A stretch of DNA of 64,000 bases, taken from positions 437,023-501,022 of the forward strand of contig CAJINV010000014.1 in assembly GCA_905178155.1 (NCBI GenBank), given 5' to 3'. The position numbers were made by a program, and so were the translations under genes. The notes beneath the pieces are model-generated. The model searched no databases, had not been told where the DNA came from, and was given only the letters and a program-made list of their open reading frames with translations. The DNA comes from Amoebophrya sp. A120. Its lineage: Eukaryota > Protista > Dinoflagellata. Positions 51,701-63,755 of the stretch are shown one piece after another (within the stretch, counting starts at the first letter, position 1; each line of letters starts with the position of its first letter).

Positions 51701-53238
51701 TGGGCCGGTGCTGCGGGTTCACGGACAACAGGGATTTTATCAGCGTTTGGATCTCCTTCGAGCACTTTACGTTGTTCGGAATCGGGGTGAACTTGCCCTT
51801 CAACACCTTGATATGGCGTTCTCAACTGTTACATTCTCTATTGTTACATGGATTTGTGATGCAAGAATGGGAAAAGTGAAAAGGGGGCACTGCGCGTCTT
51901 GCATGACAGATCTGGCGCAGATTATCAGCCTGCTTGGCCCTTCCAGAATTTGCCATGCAGAGCAGCAGCTTGATCCTGTAGATGATAGAGATAGTGGTAG
52001 TTTTGCATGACAAATCGTGTGACAGTTGAGAATGTAACGTTTGAGAATCCCATACTTGACCGCCAGCCCGTTCAAGCTGTTGGCGCCGAACGCGTGCTTC
52101 CCGCAAATCAGCTCGTACAACACGCACCCGATGCCCCATATGGGATTCTCAAACGTTACATTCTCAACTGTTACATGATTTGTCATGCAAGAACAGCAAT
52201 AGGGAAAGGGGCCGGCTTGCAATTCTCGCATCACAAATTCGACACAGATTTAGATGTTGTTTAGCCCTTCGAGAATTTGTCATGCGAAGCAGCTTGATGG
52301 TCTGGCGGCTCATGGTCAATTTGCATGACAAATCATGTAACAGTTGAGAGTGTAACGTTTGAGAGCCCCATACCCCAGATGTCCGACTTGTAGCTGTAGG
52401 AGGCGTTCTTGAACACTTCGGGGGACATGTAGAAGGGGGTCCCGATCTGCGTGCGGGCCAGGTAGTCCTTGCTGCCTTCCAGCACCTTGGCGATCCCGAA
52501 GTCCCCGAGTTTGATCATGCGGTAGTGGGCCGGGGGGAGCGCGACCAAGTGGACCGCAGCACTGTGCGGGTTTTGGTGTTGCTGGGTCTGCTGCGCGGCG
52601 GCCAGGATGCCCGAGTGGAGAAAGATGTTCTGCGTTTTCAGGTCCCGGTGCAGAATGCTCCGCGCGTGCAGAAACTGCACGGCCGCCACGATCTGAATCA
52701 GCCAGTCAATCAGCATCGGCTCCTCGGCGGCGGACTGGATGGGCTGGGACTTTCGGTTTTTCTGCAAGTACGTGTACAAATCACCGGAATCGCAGTACGC
52801 CATCAGAATGCAGAGGTGGTCGCCGTGGAGAAAGTTGTCCCGGTACGCGACGATGTTTGGGTGCCGAATTCCCGCGAGCAGGGCCACTTCTTGCTCCACC
52901 TGAGAGTGTCAAAATGATCGTGTCGGAGGTCGACCACAGATTTTTGTTTTTTCCCACATGCAATTTTACGAAATTATGTCCAGCACCTGCCCCTGCGTCA
53001 CTTGGATTTGCAGTGCATGACTGCGACGAGTATTGATGTGACAACTTCGCAAGAACTCCTAACTTTAGCAATACAGAATCAAGATGAACTTCTATACGCT
53101 GTCCCTCTCCTTCTCATCCAGTGTCGCAACGCTGATCTTCTTCAGCACTGCGGTACTCCCCGTAGCTTCCTCCTTCACGACAAAAATCTGGCCGAAGGAA
53201 CCCGAGGCAAGCGGGCGGATCACTTGGTAGCCTTCCAT
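48680..53238 (-). CDS. NEK: NIMA-related (NEK family) Ser/Thr protein kinase with a coiled coil and long Q/N-rich tail; 5 exons
   Basis: LASGSFG, VLKKI, EVALLAGIRHPNIVAY, HRDLKTQNIFL, KLGDFGIAKVL, IGTPFYMSPE, KSDIWGIGCVLYEL, HRPSISEML. Introns: 52900-53097 (GT-AG), two TAT…ATA introners and one TGCAAAAG introner. Inclusion of the last exon (48680-50130) is less certain. Confidence 0.92.
50131..50281. mobile_element. Introner, TGCAAAAG family
   Basis: tgcaaaagtatcgcactcgta (50137) and tacgagtacgatgcttttgca (50274); shares ~50 bp with 42570-42624; direct repeat ACTGCT at 50125-50130 and 50282-50287; removing 157 nt joins ARGKQ|SQHRHWW in frame. Confidence 0.8.
51812..52054. mobile_element. Introner, TAT…ATA type, 5-bp TSD CTTGA
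   Basis: tatggcgttctcaactgttacattctc and gagaatgtaacgtttgagaatcccata; CTTGA at 51807-51811 and 52055-52059; excision gives LAVK|VLKGKF. Confidence 0.92.
52139..52372. mobile_element. Introner, TAT…ATA type, ~52-bp TIR, 5-bp TSD CCCCA; same family as 51812-52054
   Basis: tatgggattctcaaacgttacattctcaactgttacatgatttgtcatgcaa and its near-perfect complement; CCCCA at 52134-52138 and 52373-52377; excision restores KSDIWG|IGCVLYEL. Confidence 0.95.
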
Positions 53239-54371
53239 GATTGTTTGATATTCAAGTTGAGGAAATGTCTGAAAAATGTACACTTGTGCTTCTTCAAGAA
53301 TATTCCCTGACACTGATTTGCCCCTTACACACGACGGGATGTTCGTGGAATTCCTTCGTAAATATACTTACTACAATGCGCAACGACTGCACGACCGGAA
53401 CGCTCATCAAAAACTGCCGAGACAAACGAAGATAACGAGGACCGTCAAGCTTCAATAAATATACCTAAAAGATTCATTGACTCACTTTCTCGTTCCGCTA
53501 TGGTCACAGCTCTGTAGTTGTCCTCACGGTACGAAGAAACAATAACCAAGAAAAACAAGTACGCCGTGGCAGGTCCACTAGCAGAAGGGAAAAAACAAAG
53601 ATCGCCTTCGAAGTTGTGTCAAAGCTGTCTTCATCCCGAAAAGCTAGAAGAAAAAGCGGCGAGTCAGTCCTCGTCCCTCTGCAGGACCCCACTCGCAACT
53701 TATCATCTTTATCACCCTGACCCTTCCCAATGAAAGGAACGAAAACTACAACTAGCACCCGACTCTCACAACTCTTAAGAAACAATGAATCTACGACGCA
53801 CGACAAGGACTAACATGTCTATTCTGGGCGTCCCAATCCAAACCCAAACAGGATAATGCTGCTGTTTACTGTTCCTGACGATTAACAGAAACAATCCCTC
53901 TCTCTCTTGCAACCTGCTCACACACTTAATCGAGATTCGCAGCTCTATCCCATCAGGATTTTTGTGGCGGGCGAACGCAATGCCAATGCAAGAAGCGCTT
54001 CGAGGACCACATCAACATCATGTTGAGGATGGGCGGACCTACAACAACTTCTGACTGTCGTAATCTTCTCTCTTTCATCCGCGGAAACTTCTTTCGAAGC
54101 ATGAAGTCGCTAAAGATGGGTGCGAGAATTATGGACCTAAACACGCTCCTCTCCCCGCCTTGATGATCAAAAACAAAAGCTTGTTGTGCCAAAACTCGAA
54201 AAATACAGTGCAGTTCCAGAGAATTTTGCTTTTTTTTTTCCATTCACCCTATACTTTCGAGAAAATCTACCTCGCCGAGAAGGCTATAGAGGTTAGAAAG
54301 CTCTAGCTCCCAAAGAACACGACTAGAACTTGACCTTCAGCTTCGGCTGCTACAGTAACACTGATCTAACT

Positions 54372-57300
54372 TCACACCTTGTTCATCGCGGCTGTGGGCG
54401 TGACTAAACCCTGCACAGCACCCCGTGCTGCGAGCGGTGCTGCTGCTGGTGCGTGATTATCATCCGCCAACTTTGAACTCCTACGCAAATCCTCGTCCGT
54501 GATCTCATCCTCTTCTGGAATGTCGCTTTCCGTTTCGTCTTGCTGCCGCGCGAAGACCTCCCGCAGCTCCCAGGTTTTGTCGGTTTTCTGCTTGCACAAA
54601 CTATCCATCTCCTTCACGTACGCAGCATCGTACTCGGACACCGGTAGAATTTCCATAAACTTCTTCGCTTTATTCTTCTGATCCGCGAGGAGGAAGCCGG
54701 CGGTGCCCAGCTTGTTCTCGTTTTTGCTATCACCTCCACGAGCCCCCGCCGCATCTACGTCTCTAGAAGCACCCGCCCGACTGTCCCGGTTTCTGGCGCT
54801 CTTGCCGCCACCGCGACTATCGCCCCGGGGCCGCGGGTCGTCCTTCGCAGGATCACCTCTGCTCTCCCGTCCCTTCCTGGGGGAAGATTTATTTTTGCCC
54901 CCTTTATTCGACGTCTGCTGGTCGTGTTCCTCGTCTTCTTCTTCCCCCTCCTCCTCGTCGTTAATATACGAAACATCCAGCAGACTCGCGAGCGGGTTTG
55001 CCAAATACCGGTCGCAAAACAACGCGCACGACTTCTTCCCGTTCTCTTCGCGCGACAACCAGGACAGCAACAGTTTCGAATTTTCAAAAAAGTCATTCTC
55101 CCGAAACTCGCCCTTGTTGGCGAGAAAGCAGTACGCGGCATCCAAATTCGCCGTCCCGTCCGCACAGTGCTCGTGGAAACAGAACTGGCGCAGAAAATTC
55201 AACTTTTGCTGGTTTTCCAGCCGCTTGACGAGGGCAGCGGTGTCGTCGTCCTCGACGCGTGGTCCTTGTACAGCTGGAGTTGTGTCGTTCCTTCGTTGCA
55301 CCATTTTCAGCTCTTTCAGCAGCAGCTCCTTCTCCTTCTGAAACAGTTCTAGCATGGTGGTCATTTTCTTCGCGAAAAGCGGCGACTTTTTGTTCGGCAA
55401 AAACGCGACCAGTTGCTTTTCTTCGAACAAAAACTCAAACTTCCCGCCTCGGTGCAAATAGTCCCCCTCCTCGTCGGAAGCTAAGCTGTTCAGACTCGTC
55501 CGTCGTTTCTCTTCATCTTCGGCTTCGCTGTTGCGCTTCTTCTTGGTTGATGTAGCGGTCCCCGCTGCGTCGTCGATGTCCATGTCAGCGGCGCCCGCCG
55601 CGGAACCCGCGTTATGATCCACGGACTTGCGACTTTTGTTGGCGAATTTGGTGTGAAACCAGTCCAAGAGTTTGACGTAGTCCTCGTTTTCCTTCTTCGG
55701 CTTGCCGTACATCTTCCGACACGCGTAAATCCGCATACAAAAGTCCTCATCGTAGACCGCAATCAGTTGGATTTTCGCAATCGTTGCGGCGCCACCCACG
55801 TTGATGTCTTGGGCGGTAAGGTTGTTCATCAATGAAGACTGGTGGAAGTCGCGCTCGTCTTTTATCAGGTGATGAAGATCCCAACTATGCAATACAAATT
55901 TCCCGTGCACGACGTACGAAACGCATGACAAATACTTTCGCCAAGAACTATTCACAGCACGCCGCTTGTATGTAATGCTGAGTAGGTGGATTCTTGAAGG
56001 AAAGCTTTTGATGCCTTGATGTCGTGCAGAGGCCGCCTAATTCTAATTTGTACGTGTACGGGAAAAATAAATTTGCTGTGGGTCATACTCACCCGCAGTG
56101 GTCCTTCCAACTCCGGCACCAGCCGCACTGTTCCCGATTCCCCCGCCAGAAGGTCCGCCACCATTTCCGCTACTGTACTTCAACTTTTGCTCGAAGTAGT
56201 CCACCACCTTGTTGTCTTTCACAAACACCTTCACGTAGTAAGTCTTCCTCGCGTCCAGGAAATGCTCCTCGTCGATTGCAGTCGTCGTTGCCGTTGCGGT
56301 TGTAGAAGTTGCGGCCGGATTCGATATTTTTCCATTTTCATTTTCTTTTTCATTTTTCACCCCCGTCGTTACTGCTGTCTGTTGCTCTACTCTCGGGGAA
56401 TTATTCGTCGGGCTAGCACCACTGAGGAGAGTAGTCTTATTCATTCCCGTGGTCTTCACATCTCTCGTCGAAGAGGAGGCTCCTCCGTGCGGACTGCTAT
56501 CACCACTGCTGGCCAGAGGTCGCGTTTTCCGGACCTGTCGCACCCAGAGGCCGTTGAGTAGTTGGTTCCGAAAACCGTAGGCGACGAAGTTCCGCACGTC
56601 TCCCAGGTGCACTTGGTCGTAGAGAGATCCGAGTAACTGAAGATCATCTTCGTTGGCTTCGGCAGGAAGATTTTTGTTACTCGACTTCGTTTTGGTTTTC
56701 TTCGTCTGCTGTTCTTCAGCTTTTTTGAATTCTTGCTGCAGCTTCTCCAAGTCGATAGTTTGCTCCAGATACGCGTCTTCGACGTCCACTTGGCCCGCGA
56801 ACTGCTCCTTCGGCCGCATCACAAACGCGAACTTCTCCTGCTCGACGACTTGTTTGTGGGAGGCGGTAGTAGTATTGTCCTTATCTTCCTTCTTCTTCAT
56901 CTTCGCAGGAGACGGCGCGTGGTTGCCGCCTCTCGCTCTCGTCGGGCCTTTGTTGACATAAGCCTCTCCCGCAGCTGCCCGGCGTTTTTGCTTCGCCTGG
57001 TTCGCAATTTCCTCCGCCTCGCTGCTGCTGGTGTCAAATTCGTACAGTCTGATCATGCTCTCTTCTGTAGTTTTCGGGTTCTTTTTGCTGTCTCGCGTGG
57101 TCGTGTGTGTTCTAGTTCGGTGGTCCCTAGTATCCCTTTTCGTCGTGGTTGCTCCACCTTTAGGATCTTCCCTGGCGGCCCTCGTGGTCCCTTCGTCGCG
57201 TCGGCCATCGTCGCGTCGGCCATCATCGCGACGGCCAGACCGCTCCCGTCGCGACCCGCGCGGCCGATCAGCATCTACAGTGGTCGCATTTCGGGTGTTA

Positions 57301-59102
57301 TCGCGCTCTCGGTCCCGCTGCCGCTCGCGGTCTCGGATATCCTCAACCTTGGACGAGTCACCGCCGCGTACGTGATCTCCCCTCGAAGATGTAGTTCCAC
57401 CCACAGCCCGGTCTCGCTCTCGCTCCCGTTCCCTTTCTGCAAGGCGCGGCCTCTGCACTACGTCCTCGCCGCGACCGTCTCTTCTATCCCTGCTGCGGCG
57501 TTCGCGCTCGCGCTGGCGATCGCGATCCCGATCGATCGGCTGATGTTGTCCTCCGCCGCGGCTGCGGCTGCGCCGCTGGCGTTGACGCTCCCCAGACCGC
57601 GCACGCCGGGCCGCAGCCGGGCGCGGGATGGAGGGAGATTTCGGTCGATCTTTCTCGTTTCCGTGGGCGCTGTTGCCTGCTCCTTCTTCCTGTTGCAGCT
57701 TCGCAGCTCCAGTTGTAGTAAAAGAGCCCCCGCCGGCGCCTCCGAGCGGGATATCGTTTGCACCCGTACCTGCGCCCCCGCGCTTTTTCCAGTTATGTTG
57801 CAGCCCGGTCGTGGTACTATTTCCGCTGCTAGCAAACGCAGAGTAATTCAATTTCTGCCGTCCCTCTCCCTGCTGCTCATTGGTCTCCCGCGTAGGAGCT
57901 TCCTCCAGCATGACCGGCGGTGCCGCTTCCTTCATCATGCGCTTGGGCTTGGGGGCAACCACGGCGGGGGGCTGGTCGTCCTTTACATCCTCCGGGGCCA
58001 CGACTTGGACTTCTTGGACTTCTTCCGGTGGCGCCGCTTCCTTCATCATGCGCTTCTTGGGCCGCGGAACCACAACATCTTCTCCTGTGGCCGGCTGTGG
58101 CGATGACGCGGCTTCAGCTTTAATTTTGGCTTGCTTGTGGTCTTCCTTTTCGAGACTTTCTACAGCTGCTGACCCTGCTGCTGTGGCGTTAGCCTTTTCG
58201 ACGACGTTTTTGTCAGTGTCGCCTTCGTCGTGTACGGGTTCTTCGGGCGGCGGCGCCTCGCGCATCATCTTCTTTGCGCGCGGCACGATTGCTGCGGGTG
58301 AAGACGACGTTCGCTGCGGGGACGAGGGCTGTGAACGCTTGCCGGACGCGCGTGGATCATACATCCCGTCCTTCTCCTTGTCCGCTCGCGGGTCGTACAT
58401 GTCAGTATGACAAAGAACAACTATGTGTTTCCCTCTCGCCCCCCTCATAATTTGTGATGCAAAATACAAAGAACAAGAAGCCCGAGCCCACAACCAGATC
58501 AACATCTTCAAAAAAAATTCGGAAGCAGCTTCGAAAGTACTACAGTCCTTGTATTATATGCAAGAAAAGCCAAAGCGACACTTCATCTTCTCCGTCACCT
58601 TCTGCAACTGCATCTGCCGTTGCGTGTCTTTCTTCTCATGCCCTGCAAACGAGGTGAAAGGGGAAACAGAGGTTTGTGCACTTTCATAATCAGGCTCGTT
58701 GTTCTCAAAATCGTACTCGTCGTCTTGCTATGCATTTCAAAAGTATGATCATGCTCGTGGAAATTGCTGTTAGTAATGGTATTGCAAGCATGTATGCATG
58801 AAAAAAGTGTCAAGCTGAGTCAGCATCTATACCTTCTACAAATGAGAAATTACACCATCATACCAAGAAAATCTGTAGTGCAATTGCCACTAGTACGACA
58901 TTTTTGCAATGCGTACTTGATTCGGCTGCAGATCAACGTTGACCCGCTGGCGCTGGTTTTTGTTTTTCCCATCAGGGCTCATGTCCTCGTCCGGGGCGGG
59001 TGACGCGTGCTCACCCTCGAACCTCGGAGCTGGTCCTTTGGCGGTCGTCCCGCTCTCCTCCGGCAGGATCTCCTGCTGCTCCGTCAATTTCGACGTGTCC
59101 AT
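54372..59102 (-). CDS. Large charged protein with an RD/RE/RS-rich region; unknown function; about 4 exons
   Basis: ATG exon ~58917-59102 (MDTSKLTEQ…), small exon ~58580-58650, then ORFs 56043-58511 and 54372-55955 in the same frame, separated by a TIR element. Confidence 0.7.
55893..56070. mobile_element. Introner, CCCGTAC family (degenerate)
   Basis: aaatttcccgtgcacgacgtac and tttgtacgtgtacgggaaaaata; ends match those of 40410-40545; it contains the only stops between two same-frame ORFs. Confidence 0.7.
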
Positions 59103-60388
59103 CTTTTCCAGTTTTAAATCCTACTGTTTCATGAATTTGCGAGGAACTACTAGTACGCGCTGAGGCTAAGGGACAAGGAACATGATCGGTCGACGTTGGT
59201 ATTAGTGGCGAGGAATGTTGTTGTTACATACAATGTCGAACAATTACAACACCGCACTGCAATCACAATTCCATACCGTTCATTTGAGTTTTGTTTCAGT
59301 ATCTGAAACGTGACATCATCATCAAGTGAAATTGAGCTGATGTGGTTGCTTTATTTGTATCTCCACCCTAGTAGAAGTTCCAAGCAGATAAAGTCAATCT
59401 TTCTTTTTCATCGATCAACAAAGCGCGAATAGAGCTAGAACATGATAACTTTTCCAAGCGAACCGCTACTGCTTGTGCGTCGCTGCTTTTTTCCTTTTGA
59501 AGAAGTAGAATGTTGTTCGGTATTAGGATGATGATCCGATCATACTTTCGTATTGATTGATCCTCACCGTCACCAGGGCGTAGAAGGATAAGAAATCGAA
59601 TAGTTCTCGTATTTCAAGTACACTGTTGATGACGTTTCTTCTAGAAGTTGACATCTCGTCCGTCTCAAGATAGAGAGAGTGTTCCAGAGATGTTGATCTT
59701 ACGATGGTTAGTAACGAAGGTACGAAAATATACACAAGTCTGGAAGTCGTAGTCGACGTTACATGGTGTAGTTGTACCAGTTTGTTTTATCTGCATCTGT
59801 GGTGTTGGAACTTGTCGGTTTTTGGAACACGAAGAGCTTTATCGTGATCCTGCTAAGCAGATGAAGTGGCAACAAAGCTTCATGCGAGTTGCGACAATGA
59901 AGTGCTTATTTCTAGATGCGCGCACGCGTAGGTAGATGGTCTCGTGCTTCCTTTGTGAAAATTCTTGTCCTCCAGCTATGGCTGCTCAACAATGGCAATC
60001 CTGATCTCTGTCTGTCGACAAGAATGACTGTCGTGGTTACGGACAACCAGTACACTAGGAATACTGATCAGAAGCGAATACAGAAGAATATACGTCTATT
60101 TGTAAGAAAGTGGTTCTCCTGCATCCGCTGTCCTACCTTTAGAAGAGCTTCCTTTATCTATGTGTCGACCTCGACGACCTTGACAGTAACCGCCATGGGT
60201 CCTGCTCCAGCAACAACTTTCCGCTTCGGCTTCGGCTGCGTATGAAAGTGCATAAGTCCTCCTTCCCCTCAGTTGCTTTGCATGGCGTGAACAGCTGCTA
60301 TACAAACACCAACACACGCGGAGCCTGTGCATGACAAGTTCGTGCGCTGCATATAATATGATGTCGTTACAACTACTTGGTTTTGTTG

Positions 60389-63300
60389 TCATGCACGAGC
60401 ATAAAAGTAAACACAAGGGAACAACTCGAACGCGCTCGAATATTTTGCATGAGAAATGTTGGCAATGAGGGGGAGTACTAGCTGTGCACTCTCATAACGC
60501 GGCGTTCCGTTTCTGAGAGCCCCTTTCATCGCCTCGAGGCCCTTCACAGTTCGCGGCGTGCTGAGACCACTTCGCTCGGATGAATCGGCGGACGCAGCTG
60601 CACCATTGTCGTCATCGCGAGCTGCAGGTGGTGCTTCATCTTCTTGTTCAGGTGGAGCTTGTTGCACCGGCAACGCTAAGCCATTGCCACGTCGTGGTGG
60701 CGAAGCCTGCTCATGAGGTGGAGCCTTGTTGTACAGCGCATGACTCCTCACTGCTAAGGCGCTCTCTGCTGCTCCGGCAGCAACCACTTGCCTGGGCGAA
60801 CGGCGAGGAGTAGCCTTCCCCTGCAAAAGTTGACGGGGTCGTCGGCCCCTCTTGCTTTGTGTTCGTTCTTCTTCTGTGGAATCCTGTATCACACCAAAAA
60901 GCGTCAAGATCGTTTAGTTGCAAATGTCAGTACTAAATATTTTGCGATTGCGCTCAGGTATCAACGGCGCATGCGAAGTAAAAAAGCCGAACGGTATCAT
61001 GCATAAGGATAAGTACATACAGGTACTTAGAATACATGCTGTCGAACGACGACAAATACGTCTGTCGTGGTGACGTCGCCTGACTATTTGTTTATTACAT
61101 CTCTGATTTTCTTGTAGATGATGATGATGATGAACATTTGCGGTAAGCACGTTGAAAGAACGCTTTTTGGCGTTTGATATCGTGATGGCGATCCACCTCT
61201 GCGTGACCGTGGTGCTCGGCGTCGACCCTGGGCATAAGCGGGCTCGGGATTTGGGGCACCGGCACCGCCAAGCGCGCTTCCGACTCTTCGGCCCGGTGCG
61301 CCATGGCCAGTCTGCTCGGCCGCCCAGTGTGGTGCTTTGTTGCGGGGGCAGTTCTCCTCGAAGGTCGGTCGGGGAGCAGTACTGCACTGGGCATTTGGGC
61401 CACCGAGGGAATCGGGCGGGCACCCCGCCGGCCGCCACTCTGGCTCACGGAACGGCTGCGTGCTGCTTTTGGCGGCTGTGGTTGCTGCCCAACTTGTTGA
61501 AAATGATCAACAGGAAGCTCCTGGGTAGAAGAAGTAGTTTCCGCGAGGGGGCCGGGGCCGGGGCCCCCTCGGCCGTAGTTGCTCCAGGTATAATCCTTCG
61601 GCTTCTGCTCCGCCCCGACGCGGTCCTTGCTCGCGCGACTTCTAGTGGTACTTCTCGTTCCGGCCTCAGCGGTTCCTCGTGGTTGCGTCGGAATTTCTCC
61701 AGCTCGGGCGCCGGAAGATGCAGCAGCTCGAAATTGCGCAGGATCATCTTCAAGATCCTCATCAGCACCAGCAGGTGCTGCTCGTGGAGCCCCCGCAGCC
61801 GTTGTGCTGAGCACATTGCCGCGTTTGTCGACTTCAACCACGACCGACTTTGTGCCTTTCATGTGTTGAGCGGCAGCCAGGATCGCCTTCATTTGCGCTC
61901 CCAACTTTGCCGTGGCTGCACTTTCAAACGCCTCTCCGCTGGTCTCCTGGTCCCGCATAACCTGCTTCAGGACCTCCTCGATATCAGGTCGTGTGTAGCC
62001 GCTGTCCTCCTGTCCAGACATCTCCTCCTGCAATAAGGGCAGAGGACTCTGTGAATGTGATGTGAATGCTGCTTTCTGTTGTCCTGAAGCAGTAGAGGAG
62101 GACCCAAGAAGTGCGCGCTTCTGCGAAGATGGCATGCTATTGCTAGCCGTGCTGGTGCTACCCGCCGGGGGACGACTGCTTTTGTCCGCAAAAGGTTCTT
62201 GTGGTCTCTGTTCAAGAGCATGCCCTGAATTTCTGACGTGGTTTTTCTTTGCCATTCTGTGTTTTGCGAGCAGCCTCGCTACTGCCAACGCAGCACCCGT
62301 GCGCACTCCGCTTGCTGCAGCTCCTGCATCTTTTTCTTTATAAGTTTCCACATGCTCAGGGTGTTTCGGCAGCTTGGAAGATAACCCAGCACCACTACGC
62401 TTTGTTTCATCTTCACGTGTTGTAGTTTCATCATCTCGCCGTACTCTTCGGTCTTGCCTTTGCCGGGGCGGGGATCTCTTTTCTCCAGGTGATACTTTTC
62501 TGCGCGGAGGTTCTTTTTTTCTGCTCCTCGAACCCGAAGATCCACCAACATTTCCCAGCGAAGCACCGGACACTGGCACGCCTCGGCCGTTCAAAACGGC
62601 TGAGGCGGAAAGAATCCCGGACTCGTCCTCGTGCATGCCGAACCTACCCGAATTGAGCTGCGTCACCCTGGTCCTGCTGCCATCCTGTGCTGGTGGAGCA
62701 CACTGCTCATGCTGCTCCTGCAGCTGCGTGGTTCCACTCATCAAGACCACCTGGTCCTTCGCGCCGGCTCTTCTTGTTTCTGCCCCGAGGCCCGGGGCAG
62801 AAACGCAAGCCAAACACCCCAAAGAGAAAAGCCATTTGTCTATTTCATTGCCGTAGCATCTTTGCAAACAAGAAGCCGCGTAGTATCACCTACGAGGCGC
62901 TTGCTCGCGTTGCCAATTTAAATTTTTTAGCTACTATACCACCACAAGAACAAACTCAGGCTCATCCTGGTCCGACGCCGATATGTGAGCGCTGGAGAAT
63001 GTAATCATAGGCACAGGAGCATCGTGCATCTCGTGCCCGGGAGGATGGAGGTTCAGTGCCTTGAAGCACTGGAAGAAATGTAGCGAGATTCCGAAGTCCT
63101 GCCCTTCTCAAATCCTTTCGCTTTTTTGCCTCTCTTGCATTGATACATATAGATATGCTAGTCGTGCTCATTTATCTAATAGATAATGTTTTTTATGGGT
63201 ATTGCTATTGCTACCAGTGCTCTGTTGGAGCGGAACGAAGATCGCAGCCATTTTTCTTAGGGCTGATTGTCTCCCTCTCCTCGGAGCGGAGTTTTCTCAT

Positions 63301-63700
63301 TTAGATTTAGCACGTTGGGACTTAGCGTGGTTCCACTCATCAAGACCACCTGGTCCTTCGCGCCGGCTCTTCTTGAAGTACAACGTGATGCGGCCGCTAT
63401 AACGCCCGGCGCTTTATGTTTTTTTTTTTTTTTGTCAACGTCAAAGCTGCTACCATGTAGTTCATCTTTCTTCTCGGTAATGGAAGGGACGGACGACATT
63501 TTCACGACCCCTCCCGCAAACAAGCTATGGATGGTGTGTAGTTGATCTGCTTGAGGCCGCGGGGACGACGCGCTTGCCACCAATTCCCCGTTTTCGTCGT
63601 AGTAGCCTCCTTGGTCCCGGTTCCAGTCTTCCCACTCTTGGGTGTTATACTTCTTGCCCAGCTCCTTGTCCTCATCTTCTATGAATGTCGCGCCCGAAGG
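60389..63700 (-). CDS. Low-complexity protein, multi-exon; 5' end unresolved; unknown function
   Basis: ORFs 63257-63583 and 61095-62867 join in frame through a GT-AG intron at 62751-63349; 60389-60907 is a probable further exon. Confidence 0.55.
62726..63375. repeat. 51-bp perfect direct repeat pair (62726-62776 and 63325-63375) bracketing a putative intron
   Basis: gcgtggttccactcatcaagaccacctggtccttcgcgccggctcttcttg occurs twice, 599 bp apart. Confidence 0.92.
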
Positions 63701-63755
63701 GCGATATTGGTAACCAAATGCGTGCGCGAAAATCTAACCAGCGCGAGAGCCTAGC

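Noticed and set aside
56733-58106. 457-aa plus-strand ORF, and similar ones such as 61152-62036 and 51297-52010
   Set aside because: Antisense to long minus-strand exons; no independent domain signal.
60915-61142. Weak inverted repeat GCAAATGT / ACATTTGC as another introner
   Set aside because: Only 8 bp, no TSD, and no frame-restoring junction could be defined.
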